From positions 9,411 to 73,410 of the forward strand of contig WLMW01000002.1 of assembly GCA_009700025.1 (NCBI GenBank): a DNA stretch of 64,000 nt, given 5' to 3'. This document shows, one piece after another, positions 49,834 to 60,400 of this stretch; position 1 is the first letter of the stretch, and each line of letters starts with the position of its first letter. The notes beneath the pieces are model-generated. The model had not been told where the DNA came from, did not search any database, and saw only the letters and a list, made by a program, of their open reading frames with translations. The stretch comes from Actinomycetota bacterium (GTDB taxonomy: Bacteria; Actinomycetota; Actinomycetes; Nanopelagicales; Nanopelagicaceae). The translations under genes were made by a program, and so were the position numbers.

Positions 49834-50874
49834 ATGGACCTAGACACAGAAATAACTTTTGGTGCGCTTTCAGTATTTATGAACGACCCAACAATTGAGG
49901 AGATTTGGATAAATTCTCCAGAGCGCATCTTCATTGCCCGCGCGGGCAATAGCGAACTAACAAATCTGGTTTTAACTTCCGACGAAGTAAGAAATATCGT
50001 CGAACGTGCTCTTCTTTGGAGTGGCCGCAGACTAGATCTTTCTCATCCATTTGTTGATGCACGACTTCCTGATGGATCACGCTTACATGTTGCGATTCCA
50101 GAAATAACGGCTGCGCATTGGGCAGTTAATATAAGAAAACATTTAATGCGCAATCTTGGAATTGATGATCTAGTCCTACGAAATGTCATGACACCTTTTA
50201 TCGCCACTGCACTCAAGAATTCTGTGCGTGCAGGGTTAAACATCCTTGTAAGTGGCGGGACCCAAGCTGGAAAAACGACCGTGTTGAATGCTTTGGCAGG
50301 TGCAATCCCCCGAAGTGAACGTGTCGTAACTATTGAAGAAGTATTTGAACTTAGTCCCCAGCTTCCTGATGTTGTTGCACTACAGACGCGCAGTGCAAAC
50401 TTGCAGGGCGAAGGAGAAATTCCACTACGCAGATTAATTAAAGAGTCTCTTCGCATGCGACCATCTCGAATTATTGTTGGTGAGGTCCGCGAAGCAGAAG
50501 CGTTAGATCTACTTATAGCTCTAAATTCAGGTCTTCCTGGAATGGGAACTCTTCATGCCAATTCGCCTAGGGATGCTGTCATTAAACTTCAAACTCTTCC
50601 CTTATTAGCTGGTGAAAATATCTCTCATAAATTCATCGCTCCAACCGTTGCATCAGCTTTCGATTTAATTGTCCACGTCTGGCTAGACCAACATGGCGTC
50701 CGGCGAATCAAGGAAGTTTCCGCACTAACAGGGCGCTATGAAAATGATCGTGCTGAAATTGAGACGTTGTGGCTGTGGGATGGAACTGGTTATGAGCGTG
50801 GAATTGGCACTCTTCCACACGCCGAGAAATTCGCTTCTATCGGATTGCCTCTCGAAAGTTGGTGGAGGCAATGA
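49834..50874 (+). CDS. tadA: Tad pilus ATPase TadA/CpaF
   Basis: VDARLPDGSRL, GGTQAGKTT, TIEE..EL, LRMRPSRIIVGEVR, TLHANS. Confidence 0.93.
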   Translation: MDLDTEITFGALSVFMNDPTIEEIWINSPERIFIARAGNSELTNLVLTSDEVRNIVERALLWSGRRLDLSHPFVDARLPDGSRLHVAIPEITAAHWAVNIRKHLMRNLGIDDLVLRNVMTPFIATALKNSVRAGLNILVSGGTQAGKTTVLNALAGAIPRSERVVTIEEVFELSPQLPDVVALQTRSANLQGEGEIPLRRLIKESLRMRPSRIIVGEVREAEALDLLIALNSGLPGMGTLHANSPRDAVIKLQTLPLLAGENISHKFIAPTVASAFDLIVHVWLDQHGVRRIKEVSALTGRYENDRAEIETLWLWDGTGYERGIGTLPHAEKFASIGLPLESWWRQ

Positions 50875-51596
50875 AAATTTATCTTCGCACATTTGTATTA
50901 TCTGTAATTGCAACAGTTGTAATTTATCTCTTTACTAGTGCACTCTCAATTGCACTCGCTTTTGGTGCGCTAGTCGCCGGAACTGCTTTCATTGCCTTGC
51001 GAAGCAAGAACCAACACAATGAATCTTCACTTATTGCAGCTTGGCCTGAAGTCATAGATCACCTTATGTCGGGTATCCAATCTGGCTTGTCCCTGACTGA
51101 ATCGCTTGCTGATCTATCAACACGAGGACCAGAAATTCTCAGACCCGCTTTCACGGAGTTTCGGACTTCGCTCTACCGGCATGGAGATGTGGGCGAAGCG
51201 ATTAGCGATCTCAAAACCTTGTTTCACCATCACGGAAGTGATCAGATTTTTGAAGCTCTCCTTATCTCTAAGAGTCTTGGAGGAAGTGAACTACTGGCGA
51301 TACTTCGGACACTCGGAGATTTTCTTCGGCAAGACTTAGCGCTTCGGCGTGAAATTGAAGTTAAACATAATTGGATTAAAAACTCTGCCCATTTATCAGC
51401 TGCAGCTCCCTGGATGCTTCTTTTACTTCTTTCAACTCAAGAAACTACTGCCGCGGCATATTCAACCCCTACTGGTTGTGCAATTTTAGTCGCCGGTTTA
51501 ATTATGACGGCAATTGCATATGGCTGGATGAATCATCTCGGTCATCTTCCTCAAACGCCTCGAGTATTCATCGGTAATAAGAAAGAGGTTCGTTGA
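50871..51596 (+). CDS. tadB: Tad pilus inner-membrane platform TadB (T2SS F domain)
   Basis: WPEVIDHL.SGIQSGLSL; ATGA overlap with tadA. Confidence 0.85.
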   Translation: MKIYLRTFVLSVIATVVIYLFTSALSIALAFGALVAGTAFIALRSKNQHNESSLIAAWPEVIDHLMSGIQSGLSLTESLADLSTRGPEILRPAFTEFRTSLYRHGDVGEAISDLKTLFHHHGSDQIFEALLISKSLGGSELLAILRTLGDFLRQDLALRREIEVKHNWIKNSAHLSAAAPWMLLLLLSTQETTAAAYSTPTGCAILVAGLIMTAIAYGWMNHLGHLPQTPRVFIGNKKEVR

Positions 51597-52408
51597 TGCT
51601 CACGATTATCGTCATTTCAATGCTCTTTGCAATTCCCGGTGCAATTATTTTTACTTTAGATTCAGATGCCCGCCCCATCAAAGAGTTGGAAAAACAGGTA
51701 ACTTCTAGAATTGCTCGCACTCGAGATAAGAGCGACATTCACATGAGATTAGAAGAGCTTGGGAAAAGTAGTGAAAAGGACTATGAAAATTTTCGTATAC
51801 GTCAATATGGATATTCTGGGGCAAGTTTGTCCATGGTGATGGTTTTCCTTGTCGTGACAGACCACTCTCTTTACATTGCATTGACTCTGGCTAGCCTTAC
51901 TGGGCTAATGATTTTTGTCATCATCAACAGGGAATTGTCATCCCAGATTAAAATACGCCGTTTAAAAATTGAAGCTGAATTCCCTGCAGTTATAGAGATG
52001 CTTACATTGGCAATTGCTGCAGGTGAGACTCCCCTAAGTGCAATGCTACGGATCGCTGAATCAGCTAATGGGGAACTATCAAAGGAGTTTGCAAATGTTA
52101 TCGCTGTTGTGCGAACTGGCGAATCACTTCATTCCAGTCTTGATGCCATGGGTCGACGTGTTAAATCTGTCATGATTCGCAGATTTATCGATGCGATAGT
52201 GACAGCAACATTGCGTGGTGCACCACTAATCGAAGTCTTATCTCGGCATGCTATTGAAGCGCGAGCAAATCAGCGAAATTTAGTGATGAATGCGGCTGGC
52301 AAAGCTGAAATCTCAATGATGATTCCAGTTGTATTTCTCATCCTGCCCATTTCAATTCTCTTCGCTCTTTGGCCCTCACTTACAAATCTCAATCTGTTTG
52401 CAAGTTGA
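51596..52408 (+). CDS. tadC: Tad pilus platform TadC (T2SS F domain)
   Basis: EFP.VIEML.LAIAAGE, MMIPVVFLILP..ILFALWP. Confidence 0.85.
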   Translation: MLTIIVISMLFAIPGAIIFTLDSDARPIKELEKQVTSRIARTRDKSDIHMRLEELGKSSEKDYENFRIRQYGYSGASLSMVMVFLVVTDHSLYIALTLASLTGLMIFVIINRELSSQIKIRRLKIEAEFPAVIEMLTLAIAAGETPLSAMLRIAESANGELSKEFANVIAVVRTGESLHSSLDAMGRRVKSVMIRRFIDAIVTATLRGAPLIEVLSRHAIEARANQRNLVMNAAGKAEISMMIPVVFLILPISILFALWPSLTNLNLFAS

Positions 52409-52412
52409 TAAT

Positions 52413-52763
52413 TTAAGCCGCTTCTCTTTCCCGTTCAGCAACTTCACTGGCAGTAGGACGACCAGCTTTGCGCTTGCGTGCAATGACGCGACCATCTTCA
52501 AATAGTTCGCCGCCCCATACGCCAGCTGGCTCTTTACGAGATAGCGCACCCTCTAAACATTGTGCGCGCACAGGACACCCACCGCAGAGCGACTTCGCTT
52601 CGGCAACAGCCAAGTCATCTTCCGAGAAGTACATCTCAGGATCTGCTGTATGGCATGGCAAATTAAATGATGAACCATCGGAGTAAGTGCCTGTAACTGC
52701 ATCTAAACCGATCTTTTCATCTGCCCAGCCTGGTACTAGTAGTTCGCTGAAGAGAACGCTCAT
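52413..52763 (-). CDS. whiB7: WhiB7/WblC transcriptional activator
   Basis: 4 Cys (LPC, C..C, C), GVWGG, AT-hook RKRKAGRP; downstream of uvrD2; start re-called to MSVLF (SD GAGGTG). Confidence 0.88.
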   Translation of the reverse strand: MSVLFSELLVPGWADEKIGLDAVTGTYSDGSSFNLPCHTADPEMYFSEDDLAVAEAKSLCGGCPVRAQCLEGALSRKEPAGVWGGELFEDGRVIARKRKAGRPTASEVAEREREAA

Positions 52764-52850
52764 CGTCCTCACCTCTTCTCTCTCGTTGGCTAACACTTTC
52801 GATGTTAGGTCTTGCTCCGGTTGTTCCTCGTTAGTTCTTCTCGGGTAATG

Positions 52851-52889
52851 AAAAAGGGCCCGAATCCTTTGTGGATTCGAGGCCCTTGG
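52851..52889 (-). terminator. Attenuator terminator in whiB7 leader
   Basis: Minus strand AAGGGCCTCGAATCC-acaaa-GGATTCG-GGCCCTTTT. Confidence 0.85.
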
Positions 52890-52909
52890 CTTCTAGTTCT
52901 AATTCGATG

Positions 52910-53065
52910 TTATCGAGTAGAACCCCAAGTGGCCTCGTATCCGGCATAAAAGGCTGCGTAAAATGCAGGCTTTGCGGTATGCCAAGATGCGCGCTTATTG
53001 GTATGGGTAGCAGGAATTACAGCAGCAGGCATGGCCTGTGCTGACACGAATGATGCGTTAGACAT
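52910..53065 (-). CDS. whiB7 leader peptide (uORF, 51 aa)
   Basis: MSNASFVSAQAMPAAVIPATHTNKRASWHTAKPAFYAAFYAGYEATWGSTR*; SD AAAGGAG; ends just before terminator. Confidence 0.75.
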   Translation of the reverse strand: MSNASFVSAQAMPAAVIPATHTNKRASWHTAKPAFYAAFYAGYEATWGSTR

Positions 53066-53118
53066 ATTCGTTTCTCCTTTTATCCATCTCGCTTCCGCCA
53101 TGGAAACGATGAAGTGCA

Positions 53119-53160
53119 AGAGTAAAGCATGGGTCCAGCTTCGTGCAACTTAATTAATTC
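53119..53160 (-). promoter_or_regulatory. WhiB7-type autoregulated promoter
   Basis: Minus strand GAATTAATTAA-g-TTGCAC-N18-TACTCT. Confidence 0.7.
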
Positions 53161-53169
53161 TGAACGCTA

Positions 53170-54840
53170 TTAGACCAGGCCAGCTTCTACAAGAAAACGA
53201 GAAGGCTTGCCGCGATAGCTCAGGTGTAAATCCACCTTTGCCCGCGTAATTCCAACGTAAAACAAGCGGCGCTCCTCATCAATCGAAGCTTGATCATTGC
53301 TTGTTGACGAGTTTTCTAGTGGCAAAAGCCCTTCGCTCACGCCCATCAAAAATACTCGCTCCCACTCAAGACCCTTGGCCGCATGCAACGTTGCCAGCGT
53401 AGTCACCGGCATCGTTGGTGGATTATTTTGCTGAACCCGATCTTCCAATTCGCGCAGATACGTGCGTAAATTCTTTGGCGTGAAGCCACTGTCTCCATCT
53501 AATTCACGGGCTAAATGCATCAATGCTGCGATTCCATCTATGTGAGCCCCAGTTAAAAAGGGTTGTGCCAAGTTCCGGAGTTCATCAAGCCAGGAAACAT
53601 CTTGCATAGGAATCACCGATGCATTGCGTACTAGCTTTAGGAATTCGCGAACATCAGGGCGATCAAAAAAGCGATCACTATTGCGAACTTGATATGGCAG
53701 TTTTGCGGCATTCATTGCTCGTTCTAAAGAATTGAGTTGGCTATTTGTGCGGGCAAGAATTGCTATCTCTTGCGCAGGTGTGCCCGCACTCAATAACTCC
53801 TTTATCCAATCTACGATTCCAGCGATTTCTGCACTTTCATCTGTGAATGCATCCACTGAAGGCTTTTCACCATGCTCATTTAATGCAACTAATTCTTGAC
53901 CCATCTGGGCTTTGCGCAAAATGCTATTAGCCATCAATGTAATTTCGGGAGTCGAACGATACCCAGTGGTTAAGCGAACAACTTCGGCATCTGGAAAACG
54001 ATTCGTGAATGAGTTAAGAAATACTGGTGTTGCACCGGCAAATGAGTAAATGGTCTGCGCGGGATCTCCAACTACGCAGATTTCTTGACGAGATCCCAGC
54101 CATGCATTTATTAAACGTTGCTGCAGTGGCGATATATCCTGATATTCATCAACCGTAAAAAAGCGGTATTGATCTTGCACGCGTTCGCGAACTTCACGCT
54201 CTTGTTCAATCATTGCAGTTGTTAAGAGCAGAACATCTTCAAAATCCATGGCACGCTCTTGCTGCTTTACTGATTCATAGGCCGTATAAACCTTTGCAAT
54301 CTGTTCGGCATTAATTCGCGGCCTATTTTGTCTCTTCCCGAGTTCGGAAATGTAATCAACTGGTGCGACTTGTGAAACTTTGGCCCACTCAATTTCTGAA
54401 GCAATGTCGCGGATTAAATCCCTAGAGGTGATAGAAATTTCACCAGTTAGTTCAGCTCGCTTAATCGCCTCAGTAATAAAACTGGTTTTCGATGTAATTA
54501 AATCCGGCATGCGTCCACCAAAGACTTGTGGCCAAAAAAATGTGATTTGTTTGAGGGCGGCAGCGTGAATTGTGCGCGCGGCTACGGCCGGAACTCCAAG
54601 CGAGCGAAGCCGCATCCGCATCTCACCTGCTGCACGGGCAGTAAAAGTAAGGGCTAAAACCTTATGTGGATCCATGACGCCAATCGCTGCGGCATATGCA
54701 ATGCGATGGGTTATTGCGCGAGTTTTGCCAGTACCCGCACCAGCGATAACACAGACTGGTCCACGCGTAGCTAAGGCAACTGCACGTTGTTCGTTATCTA
54801 GCGCTTCGAGAATCTCTTCGGCACGTAGATCATTGCTCAC
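53170..54840 (-). CDS. uvrD2: UvrD2-type DNA helicase (no C-terminal HRDC)
   Basis: AGAGTGKT, VDEYQD, VGDPAQTIYSF, TLHAAKGLEW, EERRLFYVGITRA; GTGA overlap with nudC. Confidence 0.88.
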   Translation of the reverse strand: MSNDLRAEEILEALDNEQRAVALATRGPVCVIAGAGTGKTRAITHRIAYAAAIGVMDPHKVLALTFTARAAGEMRMRLRSLGVPAVAARTIHAAALKQITFFWPQVFGGRMPDLITSKTSFITEAIKRAELTGEISITSRDLIRDIASEIEWAKVSQVAPVDYISELGKRQNRPRINAEQIAKVYTAYESVKQQERAMDFEDVLLLTTAMIEQEREVRERVQDQYRFFTVDEYQDISPLQQRLINAWLGSRQEICVVGDPAQTIYSFAGATPVFLNSFTNRFPDAEVVRLTTGYRSTPEITLMANSILRKAQMGQELVALNEHGEKPSVDAFTDESAEIAGIVDWIKELLSAGTPAQEIAILARTNSQLNSLERAMNAAKLPYQVRNSDRFFDRPDVREFLKLVRNASVIPMQDVSWLDELRNLAQPFLTGAHIDGIAALMHLARELDGDSGFTPKNLRTYLRELEDRVQQNNPPTMPVTTLATLHAAKGLEWERVFLMGVSEGLLPLENSSTSNDQASIDEERRLFYVGITRAKVDLHLSYRGKPSRFLVEAGLV

Positions 54841-55787
54841 GGACGCCACGATTCTCCACCGATGAGATCTGCCGCCATATACCCAGATTTTGCGGTGTAC
54901 CAACCTGTAATCATTTTGCGAGCAACTGAAATTGTGGGAGGCAAAAGTATTTCACCAGATGCGACAGAGTTCTTTAACTCTTCACGGCTCAACCAAATTA
55001 CCTCAGTTATTTCTACCCCATCAGGTTTTGCCGTTTCTGGGTAATCGGTCACAGCTTCAAAAGCAATCATGATTGAGGCAGGAAAAGGCCACGCTTGTGA
55101 GCCTAAATATTTAATATCGTTGCAGTAGACGCCGGCTTCTTCAAAAACTTCTCGTGATACGCACTCTTCAAACGACTCTCCTGGTTCAACAAATCCGGCA
55201 AAAGTTGAGAAGCGTTTTTCTGGCCAAATCGGTTGATGCCCGAGCAAAATTCGATCTGTACTATCTTTAACTAAGACAATTACAGCAGGGTCCGTTCGTG
55301 GATGGTGCTGAGATGAATCAGCGGTACAAGCTCTCACACTTCCACCAAGATCGCTCACGGTTTCGGCTCCACATTTTGCACACCGTGGATGTGATGCATG
55401 CCAATTACTTAATCCAACCGCGTGCATAGCAAGTGCTAAATCCAACTCGGATAAATCTCCACCGATTTCACGGAGAGTTCTAAAACCTTCGAACTTAATA
55501 GCCTCATCAGTTGGCTCATCAATCCACGATGTACGCCAAGCAAAGTATGGTTGGCCACCATCACGAGCTAACCCTAAAAAGTATCGCTCACCGCTTTCGA
55601 AGGAAGCGGATAAAAATTCAACATTTTCTGCAGTTAAATAACGGAGCACACCATCTTGAACACCAATATGGCTCTGGATGATTGGCAAAATATGCGCAGA
55701 TTGCCAGAGCAGATCAAGTCCAACCGCATCTGTGCGCAGATGACTGGCACGATCGATGGGTGAGAGTGATTGGTTTCGGGCGCTCAT
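54837..55787 (-). CDS. nudC: NAD(H) diphosphatase NudC
   Basis: C..CG, HPRTDPAVI, GFVEPGES.EE...REVFEEAG, SQAWPFP. Confidence 0.93.
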   Translation of the reverse strand: MSARNQSLSPIDRASHLRTDAVGLDLLWQSAHILPIIQSHIGVQDGVLRYLTAENVEFLSASFESGERYFLGLARDGGQPYFAWRTSWIDEPTDEAIKFEGFRTLREIGGDLSELDLALAMHAVGLSNWHASHPRCAKCGAETVSDLGGSVRACTADSSQHHPRTDPAVIVLVKDSTDRILLGHQPIWPEKRFSTFAGFVEPGESFEECVSREVFEEAGVYCNDIKYLGSQAWPFPASIMIAFEAVTDYPETAKPDGVEITEVIWLSREELKNSVASGEILLPPTISVARKMITGWYTAKSGYMAADLIGGESWRP

Positions 55788-55815
55788 GGAGGAGTCAGAC
55801 TACTAGCATCACCCT

Positions 55816-56619
55816 ATGCGCCTCACCTCATGGAATCTGCTCCATGGAGAAGCCATGCCACCAAGTAAAGATGCCGACAGTGCGGCATTGCTAGCCGCTG
55901 AAATTGAACATTTGCGCAGTGACATTATCGGTCTCCAAGAGGTCGACTATTTTCTTGCCCGTTCTGGAAATCATAATCAAGTCGGTAATGTCGCCTCAAT
56001 AATGCAGGCCAGAAACTGGGCATTTGCGCCATCACTCATGGGTTCACCCGATGATGATTGGCGAAATCCAAATAAAAACGATGAAAAAATTATTACCGAT
56101 TCTAGCGAAGTTGCAATTCCTGGTTATGGAATTGGAATTGTTTCAAAGATTCCAGTTATATCGTGGCATAGATTAGATTTAAAGGGCTCCCCGGTTGGCG
56201 TATTAATGGCATTTCCAGTTGATGGCAAGTTAAAACGATTCTATGTACGCGACCACCCACGCAGTGCCCTTGGTGCGATTCTAGATAACGGCTGGTTGAT
56301 TATTAACACTCATTTGTCATTTGTTCCTTTTTTTAATTTTGCTCAACTAAATAAAATAAAACGTTGGGCAAATACTTTAGGCGTAAATGATAAAACAAAG
56401 ATAATTATTATGGGTGATTTGAATATACCATTTGTTAAATTAGTAAGTGGTTTTAATTGGCACTCATTGATAAAGCAAAAAAGTTTCCCCAGTTGGAGCC
56501 CTAAAGTTCAGATTGATTACTTTCTATCTCAGAAACTAAATTCGACAGATGTGAGTCATATGGTTTATCCGCACGCAGGTATGAGCGATCACTTACCAAT
56601 TCAAATTGAAGTTGCTTAA
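55816..56619 (+). CDS. Endonuclease/exonuclease/phosphatase family protein
   Basis: SWNL, LQEVD, NTHLS, MGDLN, IDY, SDH. Confidence 0.88.
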   Translation: MRLTSWNLLHGEAMPPSKDADSAALLAAEIEHLRSDIIGLQEVDYFLARSGNHNQVGNVASIMQARNWAFAPSLMGSPDDDWRNPNKNDEKIITDSSEVAIPGYGIGIVSKIPVISWHRLDLKGSPVGVLMAFPVDGKLKRFYVRDHPRSALGAILDNGWLIINTHLSFVPFFNFAQLNKIKRWANTLGVNDKTKIIIMGDLNIPFVKLVSGFNWHSLIKQKSFPSWSPKVQIDYFLSQKLNSTDVSHMVYPHAGMSDHLPIQIEVA

Positions 56620-56621
56620 AC

Positions 56622-57482
56622 TTAGGTTTTTGGATCTACTGCTTTCTCTGAAATTAAACTTACTGAAGCAATGACTAGTAGACTGCCAAAAATCTGTGTA
56701 ATTGTCGGTGCCCCGCGGCCTAATATAAGACTCGTTATCACTCCAGCTATTGGAATGATGTTCAGTGACGGTCCAATAATCTTTCCGGGCACACCTTGGA
56801 CCGCGAAATTGAATGCGACAAAAGGCAAACCAACGCCGAAAACTCCACATAAAACCGCCGAAATCCATATGTTTGAGCTGATTCCCTGAGGATGAACTGC
56901 ACCACCAGCAAGATAGAGAGCTCCAAAAAGCATTGTTGATACAAAAGTTTGCCCTAGTACCAAATCGACCGATGAGTATCCCGATACATACTTTCTCATC
57001 ACGTTTGCGTACACACCAAATGAGAGTGCAGAAACTAAAAAATAGATTGTAGTTGAAGAAGTTTCGACATGGCGACTTGCAGAGCTCGCAATAATTACTC
57101 CAAGAATTCCGACAAGAAAATAGAGCCACTGCTTTGTCGTCAATCTATCCCGAAGCCAAAAGACCCCAATCAAAACCGTGAAAAGAGTTTCGCTCGTTAA
57201 AATCAATACGCCCGTGCTCGCATTTTCATGTGTGTAACCAAGGCTTGCGAAGTACCAAGCTAATCCAGGTTGCATGATGCCAAGTGGTATCACTAACTTC
57301 CATGGAATCACAGGAATTCGCCGTCTTATGGTTGCAACAACCACAAGAAACAGAAAGCCAATACCACAGACAATCAGAGCAAACAAAACTGAAGGAATCT
57401 TTGTGATTGCCAAATCTGCAAGTGGGTTTGAAAATCCCCAACTAACCATCGAGAGGACTAAAACAAATATTTTAAAGTTCAT
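56622..57482 (-). CDS. DMT/EamA-family transporter
   Basis: ~10 TM in two repeats; SWG, LRDRLT, ILG.GV. Confidence 0.8.
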   Translation of the reverse strand: MNFKIFVLVLSMVSWGFSNPLADLAITKIPSVLFALIVCGIGFLFLVVVATIRRRIPVIPWKLVIPLGIMQPGLAWYFASLGYTHENASTGVLILTSETLFTVLIGVFWLRDRLTTKQWLYFLVGILGVIIASSASRHVETSSTTIYFLVSALSFGVYANVMRKYVSGYSSVDLVLGQTFVSTMLFGALYLAGGAVHPQGISSNIWISAVLCGVFGVGLPFVAFNFAVQGVPGKIIGPSLNIIPIAGVITSLILGRGAPTITQIFGSLLVIASVSLISEKAVDPKT

Positions 57483-60400
57483 GCACTTTTCATTTCGATT
57501 TGTGAAATCAAAGCGATAAGTGCTTGCTCATCGAGTAAATCTGCAGGCCTATCTGTAACACTAGTGGGTACATAGTGAAATGCTGCACTTACTTTTGAGA
57601 CTTCAGTATTCGACAGTTTGGCCCAAGCAAGTCGATACATCGCTAACTGCACTGCTGCGGACTGACCAAGTTTCTTTGATCCAGTTTTCCAATCGATAAC
57701 CTCAAAACCATTGTCAGTTGCATAGATTGCATCGATTCGACCACGAATCAATACCCCAGCAATCGTCGTTTCAAAGGGAACTTCAACCCGTACTGGCGTC
57801 CGAGTGGCGAATTCACTTGATAACCAGGCTTTTTTCAACTCTTCTAGCTTTGAATCTTCCTCGAGCGGATCTAGATAATCGAGGTACTCGTCGCCAAATA
57901 ATGTTGCGGCATCAGTGAACTGACGTTCAACCCATAAGTGAAATGCCGTTCCTCGGCGAGAGAATTGATCTTGTCCCCGTGGCATAGGTCGGCGAATATT
58001 GAGGGCAAGTTCTTGTGGATTCTCATGCAATGCCACAAGAGTTGAAGTTGAAAGCCGTGAAGGTAGAGCAACTTCTATTGCGCCATGAGCACGCTGCCGC
58101 TGCTCGGTAATGAGTGCTTTGGCATCATAAATCCATGATGCTATTTCAAAATTCTCATCAGGTGAAAGTGAATGTGGGTCACTGTCATTGACGAGTTTAA
58201 TGGCAGAATTAAATGAAGAACGCTTACCACCCAGTGGATCAAAGGGCCAGATGGCTGACATGGGATTTTCAAGTATTGGATTTTCAGCACCGTCTTCTGG
58301 CGCAGGCACATCAGAGAGCATTCTTCCACCAAGTTCACTGGCAGTTCCAGCAATCAAATAGAAAATATCACTTGGTTCAACTGCCTTAGCGCCATCTCTC
58401 CAGCGCGAAGTGGTACAAATCAAATGTGACTTTGCTCGAGTAACTGCAACATATGCCAGACGCATTTCCTCCCGCATTTTGATGTTACTCGCACAGTTTT
58501 TAGCAAACTCCTTAATCACATTAGCTGCTTCACTATTTTTTTCGACCCCGTGGAGTGAAAACTTCGGAAGCTCTGCTGCATCTCCCCTGAGTGGAAATGG
58601 AACATGCTTTTCGTTTTTCAACCAATTATCTTGATCACCAGTTTTATTTCCAGGGAAAGTTCCCTCGGCTAAACCTGGCACTGCGACAACGTCCCATTCG
58701 GCCCCTTTAGCCATGTGGACCGTCAAAATTTGCACCACATCACTACGTATTTCAGGCGCCCCGGCCTTTAATCCACCCTCAGCATCAGCTGCCACATCCA
58801 GCCAGTCGAGGAAAGCGGTGATTGTCCCGCCACTGCGCTCGAACTTTGCCGCCTCATCTAAAAAGCGATCTAAATGACGGCGGCCAGTTTGAGAGCCATC
58901 GCGCAGAGTTATTTCACTCTCAAGCGTTAAGTAGTTTTCAATCTCGCTGATGAGATCGCTGATTGCACCACCCGCACGTGAACGCAATCGACGTAAATCA
59001 CTGGCAAAGCGCACAAGTCGCTGATATCCAATATCACTAAATCCACTCTTTTTAGCTTGGTGGATTTCATCAAGAGCATCGATAATTGAACCGGTGAATT
59101 GATCATCTGCCTCAAGCTGTTCTGGATTACCGGCAGCGATTTTTTTAATTAAGTTCTTTGAATCTGAATGTGATTCTCGAGCTCGTTCACGACTGAAGGC
59201 ACCTAATGCAGCTATATCGCGCGGACCCAAATTTATTCGTGGTCCAGTTAGATGTCGCATGAGGGATGAACCCGCATCGGGATTTGTAATAACTTTTAGT
59301 ATTGACACTACATCGGCAACTTCTGGTACGTGAATTAATCCACCGATACCAATCACTTCAACTGGAAGTCCAATTTCACGTAGCGCATTTTCTATTGCAG
59401 TAATCTGAGAACGCTTGCGAACCAATACTGCTGCAGTCTTTCCCGAGGTTGCGCTCCAATTCTCATAGATGTATTCGGCGACAGCAGATGCTTCGGCATC
59501 GATAGTTTCAAAGACTCCATAGGCTATTTCACCTTTACCTGCATCTGGGCGAGCTTCCAGCTGCACGACTTGTTGTCCGCCGGCTAATTTTATTTCGTCA
59601 CTAATGCGGTTAGCAGCCGCCAAAATCATTGCATCATTTCTAAATGTCGTCGGCAAAGTGAACTGTGTGCTGCCCACTTGAGCATTTGTTTTTGGAAAAT
59701 ACTGTGAAAATGAAGCCATAGTGCCGGCCGAAGCCCCGCGCCAGGTGTAAATGGCTTGCGATGGGTCGCCAACTGCCATCACTGGATGGCCTGTTTCACT
59801 TATTAAATTGCCATATAACGCCGAAAGCATACGAACTTGGGATTGAGATGTGTCTTGGTATTCATCAAGTAGCACAATCTTGTATTTTCCACGCTCTAAG
59901 ACTCCAACATCAGCAAAGTTTTCAGCGATATCAGCGGCAAGAGACATCTGATCATCGAAGGAGAACTCTCCGGTAGCTTTACGTCGTTGCAAAAAGACTT
60001 CGACCATTGGCAGAAGCGAGTTTCTTTGCAGCATTGTTCGCTCAACATCACGGACTTCTTTATTTCGTGCACCGGCAAGTGGCACCATGGCTTGAACAAT
60101 TTCAAGACCTATTGCTTCGATGTCTGCTGCTTTGACCTGATGCTCTTGCATTAACTTTGACAATCCCAGCAAATCTTTAATTACAGTGCTTACCGCACTA
60201 TCATTTCGATAGTTTTCATCTGACCAATTGCGCACAACATCGGATGCAATCTGCCAAATCGCAGCTTCACCTAACGGCTCGGCGTCAGCATCAATTCCAT
60301 ATCTGATGGCATGCTCACTGAGTAATTTTCCCGCATAAGAATGGTAGGTAGTAACTGAAGTCGATGTTGAGGTAATGTGATTGAACTCAGGAAGTGAGGC

